DNA from: Cirrosporium novae-zelandiae
Lineage: Eukaryota
Assembly: GCA_026023565.1 (NCBI GenBank)
Contig: JAPETS010000028.1
Location: 372,001-436,000 of the forward strand
Reading direction: 5' to 3'
DNA length: 64,000 bases
This document shows positions 12,765 through 24,401 of the stretch, in pieces. How positions within the stretch are numbered: the first letter of the stretch is position 1; the number at the start of each line of letters is the position of its first letter. The translations under genes and the position numbers were made by a program. The notes under the pieces were generated by a model. It searched no databases and was not told the DNA's origin. It saw only the letters and a program-made list of their open reading frames with translations.

Positions 12765-13726
12765 TTATGGCGCCGTCAGCGCTGGTGTCGATGGCGCAGG
12801 TTCTTCCACTTCAAGTGCATCCAAGTCCTCCATACGTTTCTCTTCCCCTGGTTCCAGCTCTTCCTCGGCAGATACAGTCTTCACCACAGCAAAATCTGTA
12901 TACATTTCCTTTTTGCGCCTCTCAAGCTCGTCCACTTGACTTGATGCCCATGTTTCCCATTTCTCATACTCCTTTCTCTCAAGGTCGGCCGAAATATCGA
13001 TAGTCGAGAGACCAAAATGCGCACCTACATAGAGGGCCTCGGACTGAGCAATTTGAGCCTCAATGTGAGATTTCAGGCGGGCTTGGTACAGCTCACGACG
13101 GGCTTTGTTAAGAGCTTCCGAAGGGGTTATATCGGGGACTGTTTGAAGAAGATGGAGCGTCCGTTGGATTACACTAGATTGAAACAGTTAACGTCGGTTG
13201 GAGGAGAAAATGCTGGGTAATTTTTTTAAATGTACCTCTCGCCGTCAACCTTTCTGGTGGTCTGTTCAATATGGTTCCAATCTTCCTTCGCACGATCATT
13301 ACCATCATCTTCTAGTAGTACTCTAGGCCTTGCCAACTCCCACGGATGATCTCGATAGAACTCTTTTCTCAACTCATCCTCTTCGTATTTAATATCTACT
13401 GGCTGGAATAGTTTACTTGGCTTCCTCGCCTTTGGCCTACTCCCTTTTTTTCTATGTGCATTGGGATCGCGATACACAGAGGCTGTTTCGGAATCATCCC
13501 CAATATCGACTTCACTAACATGTTTCTCGCCATTAGGGCCGACAACAGTCTGAAGACGAATGCGCGAGACAGGATGGGCAAGAGGTTGGGTTCGGATCAG
13601 AGGTTGTGAGGGGGGGGTTTCTCTAACGACGGTATGCCAGTCTGGAAGTCGGGGGATTTTGGATGCGGTTAAGAGGTTTTGGGTGGCTTGGGAGACCCGG
13701 AGGGGACTGAAGTTGTATCGGCCCAT
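12765..13726 (-). CDS. RSM25: Mitochondrial ribosomal small-subunit protein Rsm25 (mS23); intron ~13235-13175
   Basis: [52 protein letters not shown] and DGE-SVIQR; second exon ends TAA at 12767-12765. Confidence 0.93.
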
Positions 13727-14161
13727 TCTGTGGGCAGTTGGATTCTTGAGTTATGAAGATGGCATGGGATGGGTCAATTGGAAACTAAAAGAGAGAAGAT
13801 TTATTAGTGAGGGTTAAAAGGTGAAGATAACTGTGGCTGATACACAGTATACTAGACTACTGTAATATCAAAAAGTTCGGGGAGAATGAAATTAGCGTTA
13901 ACAAGCGCAAGCTTTGCGGGCTAAAGTACCACCTAGTCAATCTAAACTTCCGCGTTGAATAATCTCAATTCTGATAGGAACTTTCTTAAATGATGCAAAA
14001 TGACCTCCCCACTCCTCCATTGTTCATTCAATTATTTAAACCGCTACCTATCCTAGGAAGGGGATATCGATAGTACAACAAATTAGTATTTGGTGTGAAT
14101 GGAGCGTCGGAAATATCCCCTCTGTGTGCTTCCTCCGTGACACCATGAGCGTCTTCCGCTC

Positions 14162-16015
14162 ATGTCCATCTTCGGCACATTGGAAAGGTCGACGAGTAGC
14201 CACATTTTTACCATTCGAGGCTCTCGTCCCATCTGCTCCTTTCTATTCCCTTTCTGCCATTCTCCAGATACCTCGAATCCTCCTCGCAGAACCGCACCTT
14301 CCGCCCGCTACATCACAAGCCGCGCCCCACAACCACCTTCCATGGACAATTTTTTCATTAGTGCGCTAATACAGGCAGGGTTCTGCAAGCGCCATGCCCC
14401 ACGATACAAGAACAACCCCTTCTGGGAAAGTCGATGTGTTTCGACGCATCATAGAGCCAGAAGGAAAGGGCGGAGTGCCCATTATGGGGAACAAAGTTCG
14501 AGGAATATACATGATTCATCGTTTCAAAAACGAAGGAGTTCTCCGGTTAAGGAGGCTATGAGAGAAGATTATATGAAACTGGTGGATTATTATTACGAAT
14601 TGCCATATTTAAGAGGGAATGAGCTATCAACGGTGACGTCTGAACTTCCACTATTACGACCACTCTATATAGAACAGAAAGAATTTCAAGACAGCGAACA
14701 GGGTGAGAATGCAGATCTAGGTTCCGATTCAGAGGAAACAATCCATCAGGATGAAGCTTGGCAACCTCGAAGCGAAACAGAGAAAGAGGCCATTGATCGG
14801 TTCATTAATGCCCTACAGTCTGAGGCGACATCTCTTGATATTTTATGGAAGTACTACACTAACCTCCCTAAGCCAGGGGTGGCTTATATTTCCTTACACA
14901 ATATTGAACACCTCCTACGTCGGTTCGCCGTCGTGGAAAAATATACAGAAACAGCCATGCTTCGATATCTCACACTTGTGGAAGACATGAAAGATGCAGA
15001 AATTGCTCTAACAGTTTGTCAGTGGACAAGTGCAGTTAATCTTGCTGGTCGCTGCTTTCGACGTTTTTCTTCGCTTGAGGTTGAGGCTGCACTTCGGCTT
15101 TGGAAAGAGATGGAACATTCTGCTGGGATTAAGTCTACTTCTGTCACTTTCAACATTTTGTTTGATATTTCTGTCAAGGCCGGGAAATTTGTACTTGCGG
15201 AGATGATCCTAAAGGAAATGGAATCCCGCGGCTTAGAATATAATCGCTGGACACACACAGCTTTGATATATTATCATGGCCTCAAGGGTGACGGTGACCG
15301 GGTACGGCGCGCATATCAAGAACTTGTGCAGGATGGTCAAATTATCGATACTCTTGTACTCAACTGCGTCATGTCGGCATTCATCCATGCTGGTGAACCA
15401 TCAGCCGCTGAGCAAGTATACGAGCGGATGAAATCCCTTTATGCCAGGACCTCTGGTGAGAAGCTTCCTGCTCTTGATTGGAAGGGCTCTCGAGACCTAG
15501 GGAAAATGCTTGACCGCGCTGCGCGGAAATTTAAAAATAAGCCAAAAGAGCGCGCAGCACTACAGGCTCAGCAGAACCTCTGTCCAAATGCGCGAACATA
15601 TCGTATCCTTCTAAGTTATCACACTACTTCTTCAGGTGAAATGGATCGTGTTACGGCTCTTCTTGATGATATGCAATTTCTTGGCATCCCCCTTCAGGGG
15701 GAAATATTTATGGAGTTATTTAAGGGCTTTGCAATTCATGGCGGGGTCCGCTACTCTGCATGGACGCGAACACGATTGGAAGGCGTTTGGATATCACTGT
15801 TACGGGCATTGGAAGCAAAGACGGATGGTATTAGAATTGGAAAGGATATGGCTGTTTGGTCCTTGAAGGGGTTTTATAGATGTGCGGACGGCGAGAGAGC
15901 AATGGCAATCTGGCGAGAAGTTAAAGAGAAGAACTTGTGGCAAGGAAACCAGAGCCAGGAAGCAAAAGTAGAGAGAATATTATGGAATCTTGTCGAGGGG
16001 GAAGGGAATGAGTAA
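14162..16015 (+). CDS. Pentatricopeptide-repeat (PPR) protein, probably mitochondrial RNA-binding
   Basis: 617-aa intronless ORF with ~35-aa repeats, e.g. VTFNILFDISVKAGKFVLAEMILKEMESRG and LVLNCVMSAFIHAGEPSAAEQVYERMK. Confidence 0.9.
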   Translation: MSIFGTLERSTSSHIFTIRGSRPICSFLFPFCHSPDTSNPPRRTAPSARYITSRAPQPPSMDNFFISALIQAGFCKRHAPRYKNNPFWESRCVSTHHRARRKGRSAHYGEQSSRNIHDSSFQKRRSSPVKEAMREDYMKLVDYYYELPYLRGNELSTVTSELPLLRPLYIEQKEFQDSEQGENADLGSDSEETIHQDEAWQPRSETEKEAIDRFINALQSEATSLDILWKYYTNLPKPGVAYISLHNIEHLLRRFAVVEKYTETAMLRYLTLVEDMKDAEIALTVCQWTSAVNLAGRCFRRFSSLEVEAALRLWKEMEHSAGIKSTSVTFNILFDISVKAGKFVLAEMILKEMESRGLEYNRWTHTALIYYHGLKGDGDRVRRAYQELVQDGQIIDTLVLNCVMSAFIHAGEPSAAEQVYERMKSLYARTSGEKLPALDWKGSRDLGKMLDRAARKFKNKPKERAALQAQQNLCPNARTYRILLSYHTTSSGEMDRVTALLDDMQFLGIPLQGEIFMELFKGFAIHGGVRYSAWTRTRLEGVWISLLRALEAKTDGIRIGKDMAVWSLKGFYRCADGERAMAIWREVKEKNLWQGNQSQEAKVERILWNLVEGEGNE

Positions 16016-16442
16016 AATGCTTGTCCAGATAGCCCTGACTCCTGTATATATGTTGTATATATTTTCTTTGCTGTATGATTGAGTAGAGGAAAAAGAAAAC
16101 GGTAAAAAGGATAAGTTTATACTAGAGGTCTCCATTGTCTTTCACTTGATACAAAGCATTACCTAAATACCTAGAGACTAGAGGTGCTAGACGAGGTAAA
16201 AAGTAGTTACACGAGGGGGACCTTGTGGTCTCAGGAAAGTTTCTTCCTTCGGGCACTAAGGTGGATACATGCTAGCGTCATTGCTAAGACTTCACTTTGG
16301 CTTTCAGTGCTCACGTCCCTTTTAGAGAACTTTCTAAACTCCTCCACCATCACCACTTTCCTTTCTCGCATATTTCAACTACCGTGTTTCTCTCATCCTT
16401 TTTTCCTTTAACTCTTCATCATTACTAGTCACACATTCCAAA

Positions 16443-18478
16443 ATGTCTGACGATCATCACCGAAGCGCAAAGCGCTCTCGATTCGACCAAACTGAACCTG
16501 AACCAAAGCGCACTTCAAGATTTGACCGTCGCTCTCGTTCGCCCTCGACACGGACCTCAGAGTCTCGGAGAAGTAGAAGTCCGATTAGAAGGGATTCTGC
16601 GACGCCTGCGTCTGAAGATAAGGACAAGAAGAAATTTGATCCGGCTGCTGCCGCTGGTTGGTCTCTCTCTGGAAAATGACATGCTCAAAGCTAACCCGAT
16701 CTCTAAATAGCTGCTGCCGCCGCCAAAATTAACGCACAAATCCAAGCCAAAAAGGGAATTCAACATGTCGATGTGCCGCCTATTCGATCCACGACTTCAG
16801 TACACCATTGCCATTCTACAAAACACCCTCCTGTCCACTTTTGGCTAACAATATTTCAAGGCTTCAGCTAGTCCTGCTCCCAAAGCAGTGTCCCCAAGCT
16901 CCAACGGCCACGGGTCGCATAATCTCAATGGAGACGTTTACATTGCTGATGGCGATTACATCAAAGACATCGAAGTCAATGATCTTCGAAATAGATATAC
17001 ACTGACTAAAGGCTCCACGCAAAAGATGGTAAATAGTCCTGTCATATCTTCACTGATATTCCCAGGTTGCTTTTTGATAGCATAAGAACCGTATACCTTT
17101 TTCCCCATATAGTATTCTCCATCGTTTGTGGGAGACGTGCCAAGCTTACTTTAACTGTCATAGCATTTTACCTCCCCGCTTTTGCATCTGCTGACCTCCG
17201 CTTGCTGAATTTAGATCAAAGAAGAAACTGGCGCCGGTACGCTCTTACTGAATCTTTGGATTTGTGTGCAGAATATGATGCTCATAGTGTAAAGATGTCA
17301 CCACTCGAGGAAGCTACTATCCGGACAAAAGCATGGCTACTGCCGCGGTATGTTGTGACCAACTTCATCATGTTACAATGCTTATATGAAGGTAGAACCC
17401 ACCATTATATCTCCACGTCACTAGTACTTCGAAATCGGGCCTCGAAAAGGCAGTCGGAAAAATCGAGGAATTAATGAAACAGGAACTCCCAAACCTCGTC
17501 GACGAAAGGCGATTCCGACGTAGAGAACCCGAACAGTTTGAACGTGATGAATTCGGCCGGGTATGTTTTTGATGGTGGAATGAAATAATTCCCGCTAACA
17601 TGCTGCACAGCGCAAATGGCCTGAAGAGCGTATTCCAATTAATTTGGAACCTATCCCTGGGTTCAACCTTAGAGCGCAAGTGGTAGGGCATCAGGGGGCT
17701 TATGTGAAACACATTCAACAGGAAACTCGATGCCGCGTTCAGATTAAAGGTCGTGGTTCAGGATTCATGGAACATGGAACAGGCCGTGAAAGTGATGAAC
17801 CGATGTATCTTCATGTTGCGTAAGTATGCCAAAAACCCTAACTATTCATTACTAATACCAAAAAAAGCGGGCCTGACCCTAAAGAAGTACAACATGCCAA
17901 AGAACTTTGCGAAGATCTTCTTGGAAACGTCCGAGAGCAATATGAACGCTTCAAGGAACAACCCCCCCCACAACATTTCGGCTCTAATTCCGGCTACGGC
18001 GGTGGTTATGGAGGTGGATACGGCCGCAATGATCGCTCGTCCTCTTACGGTGGATATCAGGGCTACGGTGCTGGTTCTCCAACTAGTGCAACCATGAGCC
18101 CCGCTACTCAACCTCCCGGCACCCCTGCTGCTGCCCCCGGTGCTGCGGGCAGTCCTGTTGATTATTCCGCTCAGTATGCGCAGTATTATGCCGGCCAAGA
18201 TCCTTATGCTGCTTACGGAGGTTATCAAAACTACGTAGCATACTACCAATACTATCAACAACAAGCCGCTCAGCAGCAGCAACAAGCTCCACCACCACCT
18301 CCAGGTGGCGAGGCTCCCCCTCCTCCTCCTCCACCACCTACTGCTAGTGCAGGATCCCCCCCCCCTCCTCCTGGAAACGGTGGCATGTACAGTGCGGTAG
18401 GTCTTTTTGTCATATTGTTTTTCATGTCTAATTACTGACAATCAATGTCTTCAGGTGCCTCCACCACCCGGCATGTGA
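16443..18478 (+). CDS. KH-domain splicing-associated protein (KHDC4/BLOM7-like); about 8 introns
   Basis: RS-rich N-terminus, DIEVNDLRNRYTLTKGSTQKM-IKEETGA-DVTTRG, PPLYLHV, FNLRAQVVGHQGAYVKHIQQETRCRVQIKGRGSGF and a Tyr/Gln/Pro-rich tail ending VPPPPGM*. Confidence 0.9.
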
Positions 18479-19364
18479 TGTAATTCGTTCACCCCGTTAC
18501 CCTTCGCTTTTAGTTGCTGGAAGGGAAGGCTAGGATGGAGATACTACTGGTTTGCAATCGGCATGTACACCTATACAAATATGCTTGAAATCCTCTCGAG
18601 CAACAGTAATCGCTTTCTGCTTTCTTAGTCTACTTACGTTCTGTTGGTGTTGGTACGTTTTGGATGGAGGGACCAGGACTAAGCAGCTTGCAATATTTAA
18701 TGAATTAAAAATTCCGTGTTCAGTGCTAGTGATAATGGCATCTTTTTTTTTTCAAATGTGCAAATTTGCCGTGGGTCGTTTTCATCTAGGATACCTTAAA
18801 GTGGAATGAGATTTGAATAGAAGCCAGTCTTATATTTCTTTAGTTCCAAATATTATTTTTCTTAGCTTCTTTCATCAAAGCAAGCAGGGTTCCTACTCAA
18901 CTTATCCTTAGGCTTTCTAGGTCCTTAAAAGACGCAAGTCTCCTAAGGGAGCCAGCGACCCAACCGCCCAAGCCATGAGAATATCTCGCCAACTTGGCTA
19001 TCCAAAAATAAATCAGTAGCCTCCTCATTATCTTAATGCTCAAACTACCTATATCTAGGGTTATCGATAAAGACCCAGTTGAGTGTACTAATCAGGAATG
19101 CTTTCGTGCGTATTCCTTTAATCTCTCTGATGTAGTCTCACTTCATCAAGATGTAAACACCAGAGGTAGATAAAAGTAGAAAATTTGAAAGGAGAATTGC
19201 TACAAAAGTCGCCAATTACCTAAGTAGTTTTTGATTGTTGGCACTTTGTGATACAGTACTTATAGTGGAAGCAAACATGACAAACACCAAGTATCATTTT
19301 GAATTCCCCCAAGACTTCATCAGTAATAGCAACACGACCAATTTATTGCTGGACTACCAGCAAT

Positions 19365-22300
19365 ATGCGTTTTCATGCTCTTGTCGCCTTGTTGAGCGCG
19401 ACCATACCAGCAACTTTGGCCGTCTTTGCTGACGACGCCTACCAGACAGATTATCACTATGCACTTCTGGGTATCCCACAAAAGGACACTACTTTCTTCC
19501 ACCACCCACAAGCTGCTTCCAAAGCCTCTCTTCTCTACACACTATCAGACAAGCTCATTCTCGGTGCTGTAAATCCAAGAGATGGCTCTCTAATATGGCG
19601 ACAAGACCTAGCTTCGTCGGATGTCACCAGCGGCACTTTAGGCTTGCTTCGAGGTGGGGAGGGAGAGAACACAGTATTTAGTGGGGTTGGACAAATTGTC
19701 ACCGCTTGGGATGCCGTCAACGGACGATTTATCTGGCAGAATAAATTACGAGATAGACAGCTGGAGGATCTAGAGGTACTTGAATTAGAAGAGGGGAAAG
19801 AAGGTGGGGTTAAAGACGTGATTGTGCTAGCCGGGGGAGAAAAGAGCATCGTCTCAAGAATAGATGGCGCAACCGGAATTACGAAGTGGGAATATGTAGA
19901 TGAAAGGTCAGTCGGTTCCCATGAAGAAGTTTCTAATGACTAAACTGCAATTAGTGGTGATATACCTTTCCAGGTTTCCACATCTGCAGCTGCTATTTAC
20001 TGCATTTCTCTACAATCGGCTCTTCTAAAAGGATATAAGATCAAAGTTACTTCTCTTGACATCTTGACAGGAAAACAAAAAGACCAATACATACTAAGCT
20101 CTGACAGTGAAGTGACCTCGCCTGATTCAATCCTTTTCGTTGGGGCCAACTCGGCATCTCCGTTGATTGTCTGGACCGACAAAGCATACAGAACGCTTAA
20201 AGTCAATGTCATTGGCTCAAAGCAGATCCACTCATTTGCGATTTCAAACCCCGGAGAATCCCCAATTGAAAATGTCACTGTTCATGCACCACATTCTACA
20301 TTGGCACTATCTCATTTCCTAGTTCAAATCGATACTGCTGAATCTCACTGGGCCGTTGTCTACCATGTTGATCTTCCCACTTCGACGCCTAAGGAAGCCT
20401 ACAGCTTACCAAAACTAGGCGGAAAAGGAGCATTTTCAACTAGTACACAAGGTGCCAACGTCTATTTTGTGCGTCTCACCGAATCTGAGGTTATTCTCGT
20501 TTCGTCTGCTTCCCATGGCGTGCTCGCCAGGACGCAGCTCAGGAAGTCGAAAAAATTAAGCCTCGAACTTCAAGGACCCCTCCATATGGTATCCGAAGTT
20601 GTAACTAGGGGTGGAGACAGCTACGCTGTGAGAGCCGTAGGAGTGTTTGCTGACGGTGATTGGGAGCTCGTCCGCAATGGTGAAACTATATGGATAAGAC
20701 CAGAAGCTTTAGCTGGGGCTGTTGCTGCCGGCTGGGCGGAACTTCCAGAAGAGGAAACCCTAGCACACGAAATAGAAATTGAGGAACATGAGAATATTCT
20801 TGATGCTTATTTCCATCGTGTTAAGCGACACGCAAATGACTTGCAGAATTTCCCGAACTGGCTTATGAGCTTACCGTTCAAAATCATGGATAGTCTCCTG
20901 GGTGTGAAGAGCGGTGACACATCTGCTTATCTCGAAAGAGATAGGTTTGGTTTTAAGAAATTGGCGATTGTTGCAACTGACAATGGATATCTAATTGCTC
21001 TCGCAACCGGGGATCATGGAAATGTGGTTTGGAAGACTAAGGTCGCTTCTCTGGAGCCTGGCCAGCATTGGGAGATTGATTCAATTGCCACTAAAGGTAA
21101 AACTATCTCAGTTCGAACGAAATCATTTGAAATTGTCCAGGTGGAAACCACCACCGGGAATATTATTGAAAGGAGTCAGTTGATATCCGCCGAATATAGT
21201 ACTATCGTTGAGGCGCTTGACTCAAGCGGCGAGAAAGTTGAAATTCCAATCCATAAAGATGGTACCCCAGAAGAACCAAAAGAAAGGTCGCTTCCAAAGA
21301 ACACTATTGTAGTTACTTTGGGAGAAGACTATATACTTAGGGGGTGGTCTTTCCAGCAAGGAGCCAAACCCGTTACTATTTGGACATTCGGCCCAGACTC
21401 GGGAGAGAAGATCAGTGCCACCACTATTAGACCGCCTCATGATCCTGTTGCATCTATCGGCAAGGTACTCGGCACCCGTTCCGTGCTGTACAAGTATCTT
21501 AACCCCAACCTAGTTTTGGTCACAGCGATATCCGAACAATCATCGAGTGCAAGCTTCTACTTGATCGATTCCATTTCAGGAGAAACATTATATCAAGTCA
21601 CCTATCCTGATGTCGATCCTTCGCAAGAGATTACCTCTACCATGTCAGAAAATTGGTTTGTGGTTTCGTTTCTCGCTTCTCCCAAGGATGCCACTTCTTC
21701 AAAAGGCTACCAGCTTGTTGTCGCCGAGCTTTACGAATCCCCCATCCCGAACGACCGTGGACCCCTTGGCTCGGCTAGTAACTACTCCGGTCTTCATGCT
21801 AATGAACAGATTGGCTTGCTTCAAAGGCCGCACGTAGTGAGCCAGGCATATATAATCTCAGAAGGGATATCCAACATGGCGGTCTCCGATACCAGCCAAG
21901 GAATTACAAATCGCCTCCTTCTCTGCACACTTCCTGCATCCAATGCAATTTTTGGTATCCCCCGCCAGGTTCTCAACCCGCGGCGCCCAATCGGCCGTGA
22001 CCCCACACCTGTGGAGACGGAGGAAGGTCTCTTCAAATACAACCCCGTCATTGAATTCGAACCAAAATGGTACCTCACGCATGCTCGTGAGGTGGCTGGT
22101 ATTAAACAGATTATCACTAGTCCTAGCTGGCTAGAAAGCACAAGTCTGGTCTTTGCTTACGGGCGAGATATCTTTGGAACAAGGGTAGCACCCAGCCAAA
22201 CCTTTGATATGTTGACCAAGAGCTTCTCAAGGATGCAGTTGGTGATAACAGTGGCTGCTTTGATGGTAGGAGTTGGATTCTTGGCACCGGTTGTGAGTAT

Positions 22301-22391
22301 TATAAATCATTTTCTAGGCTATGAGATGTCAAAACTAACATGAGCGTAGGTACGTCGGAAACAAATAGATAGCCGCTGGCTAGTTTCATAA
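19365..22391 (+). CDS. EMC1: ER membrane protein complex subunit 1; introns ~19907-19954 and ~22294-22349
   Basis: Signal peptide plus AVFADDAYQTDYH; SIGKVLGTRSVLYKYLNPN; LESTSLVFAYGRDIFGTRVAPSQTFDML; C-terminal TM helix followed by RRKQIDSRW. Confidence 0.95.
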
Positions 22392-23076
22392 TTATTGTAA
22401 TGATATCTACGAGTACCTATAACGGTTTACCTGGGTCATAGTTTCAATGATCTGTAATGATATGGGGGGTGAACAAGCTTTTCCAACTGACTGTTATGTC
22501 CGTGATACTGGCGGACTTAGGGGCCTAGAGGCACAGTGATAGGTTGAGGGATGTGGGGAATGGAGTTAAGAGGCGTTGCCTAGCAATAATCCCTGAGCTT
22601 CAACGGCTCTAAGGAACAGCCTTTAACTCAATTTTTTCAAATCGTCATCAATAGAGTTGTCTACAATCCACGCCTGGGTGATTTTATTCGACGGTATCTC
22701 TAGATTATTGACTGATTGTTGACAGTCGACCTTCTATCTAGAAATCCTATCTCATAACGATCTTCAAACTTTTGTAAATGCAATACATCTTTGTTCTATG
22801 CACACAGTAGATGTCATGATTATGTCTCCTTGATTCCTAATTCCGTAGCCGCTTCACCCCACGCTATCGGCGTTATGCTTCTTCTTAATTCCTTTCCCGT
22901 GTCTATATACTACTTTGCACTGGGAATGGAAAAGACTCTGGTCTATATAGCACCACCTCGAACTTGTTGCATTGCTATACAACGCACTGAATCATTAAAG
23001 CTAGTTTACTTGATTTCCTATTCCTTTAGGAATTACCGAATAATCCTTTTCACTTTCCATACCATTATCATTAACA

Positions 23077-23850
23077 ATGGTTTCCAAGTACTCCAAGAAG
23101 CTCGCCAGCGACAAAGTTCTCGTCATCGGCGGCTCCTCCGGCATCGGTTTGGCAGTAGCGGAAATGCTTATTGAACAAGGCGCAACTGTCATCATCGCCT
23201 CCTCGACACAGTCACGAATCGATGCTGCAATCAGCAAGATCGAAAGCGAAGACCCATCTGCCAAAGGTCGCATCTCAGGCTACACAATCAATCTCAAGAC
23301 TCAAAAGGTCGAAGCAGAGCTCATCAAACTTTTCGAGAAAGTTGGCACACTAGACCACTTGGTCTACACAGCCGGCGAGTCGCTACCATTGATCCCAGTG
23401 CAGGAGGTGACAATCGAGAACATGCAGGAGGCAGGACTAACTCGATTCTTCGGGCCCTTCCTCGCTGCAAAGACCGCGGCACGTTATCTCTCTGGCGGAC
23501 CTAAATCGTCAATTACCTTCACAACTGGAACTGTATCAGAGAAACCAAACCCAGGATGGGCGATGATGAATTCATATGCCACAGGTATTCAAGGCATGAC
23601 ACGAGGGTTGGCTCTGGATCTCAGGCCGATTAGGGTTAATGCGGTTAGTCCGGGGGTAGTGAACACGAATCTCTGGAGCAACATGAAGCAAAATGAAAAA
23701 GCACAAATAATGGAAAGTATGGTCAAGAGAATGACAACGGGCAGAGTTCCGGACGGCGATGAGGTCGCTGAAGCATATATTTATTTATTGCGAGACCGTA
23801 ATGTAAGTGGGAGTATGATAAGCACTAATGGTGGATCTTTGATCATGTAG
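23077..23850 (+). CDS. Classical short-chain dehydrogenase/reductase (intronless)
   Basis: Rossmann motif VLVIGGSSGIG, LDHLVYTAG and IRVNAVSPG. Confidence 0.9.
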   Translation: MVSKYSKKLASDKVLVIGGSSGIGLAVAEMLIEQGATVIIASSTQSRIDAAISKIESEDPSAKGRISGYTINLKTQKVEAELIKLFEKVGTLDHLVYTAGESLPLIPVQEVTIENMQEAGLTRFFGPFLAAKTAARYLSGGPKSSITFTTGTVSEKPNPGWAMMNSYATGIQGMTRGLALDLRPIRVNAVSPGVVNTNLWSNMKQNEKAQIMESMVKRMTTGRVPDGDEVAEAYIYLLRDRNVSGSMISTNGGSLIM

Positions 23851-24401
23851 TCGGATAGAACGGTAATGAAGGAGGAAAAGCGGAAAGTTGGAGGATATAT
23901 AGGACAATTGAAGTGCACTCGGATAACTACATGTATGAAAGAAAACGTGATATGAAATTGAAGAAGAAGATGAAAGTTATATTTTATTCAACTATTTGAT
24001 TATCTAGACTCCATGTATCTATCTATTATTCATTGTCTCTTCCCGATTCTCGGAGATATGGGAGAGGGTCTTACCAGACTAGTCTATGTGTTACACCTCG
24101 GTTTGGCAGGTCAATAATGTCATCATTTCAACCCGATATTTCGTCTGAAGCCAATTGTTATTTCCATGGATTTGATAGAATTGTTGTTACATCTTTCTTC
24201 TTCTAAACTCTAGACAGAGGAGTTGATCAACAGGAATTCTTTTGCATTTGTTTTATTTCTCAATTCCCTTTAATCTTTCTTCGTTTTAAGGGTTATCCTC
24301 AATAATTATATCCCTAACTAGATTGTGGCTGTGCAATTTGAGATCGTCACTTCCCTGTTCTTCTCTACCAACCGTGTAGTTACTGCATTATTGCATTAGC
24401 A

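Noticed and set aside
17029..17214. TPP riboswitch or snoRNA in the long KH-gene intron
   Set aside because: There is no CTGAGA/ATACC/GAACTTGAT TPP core and no clear terminal C/D or H/ACA boxes; kept only as an unspecified candidate element.
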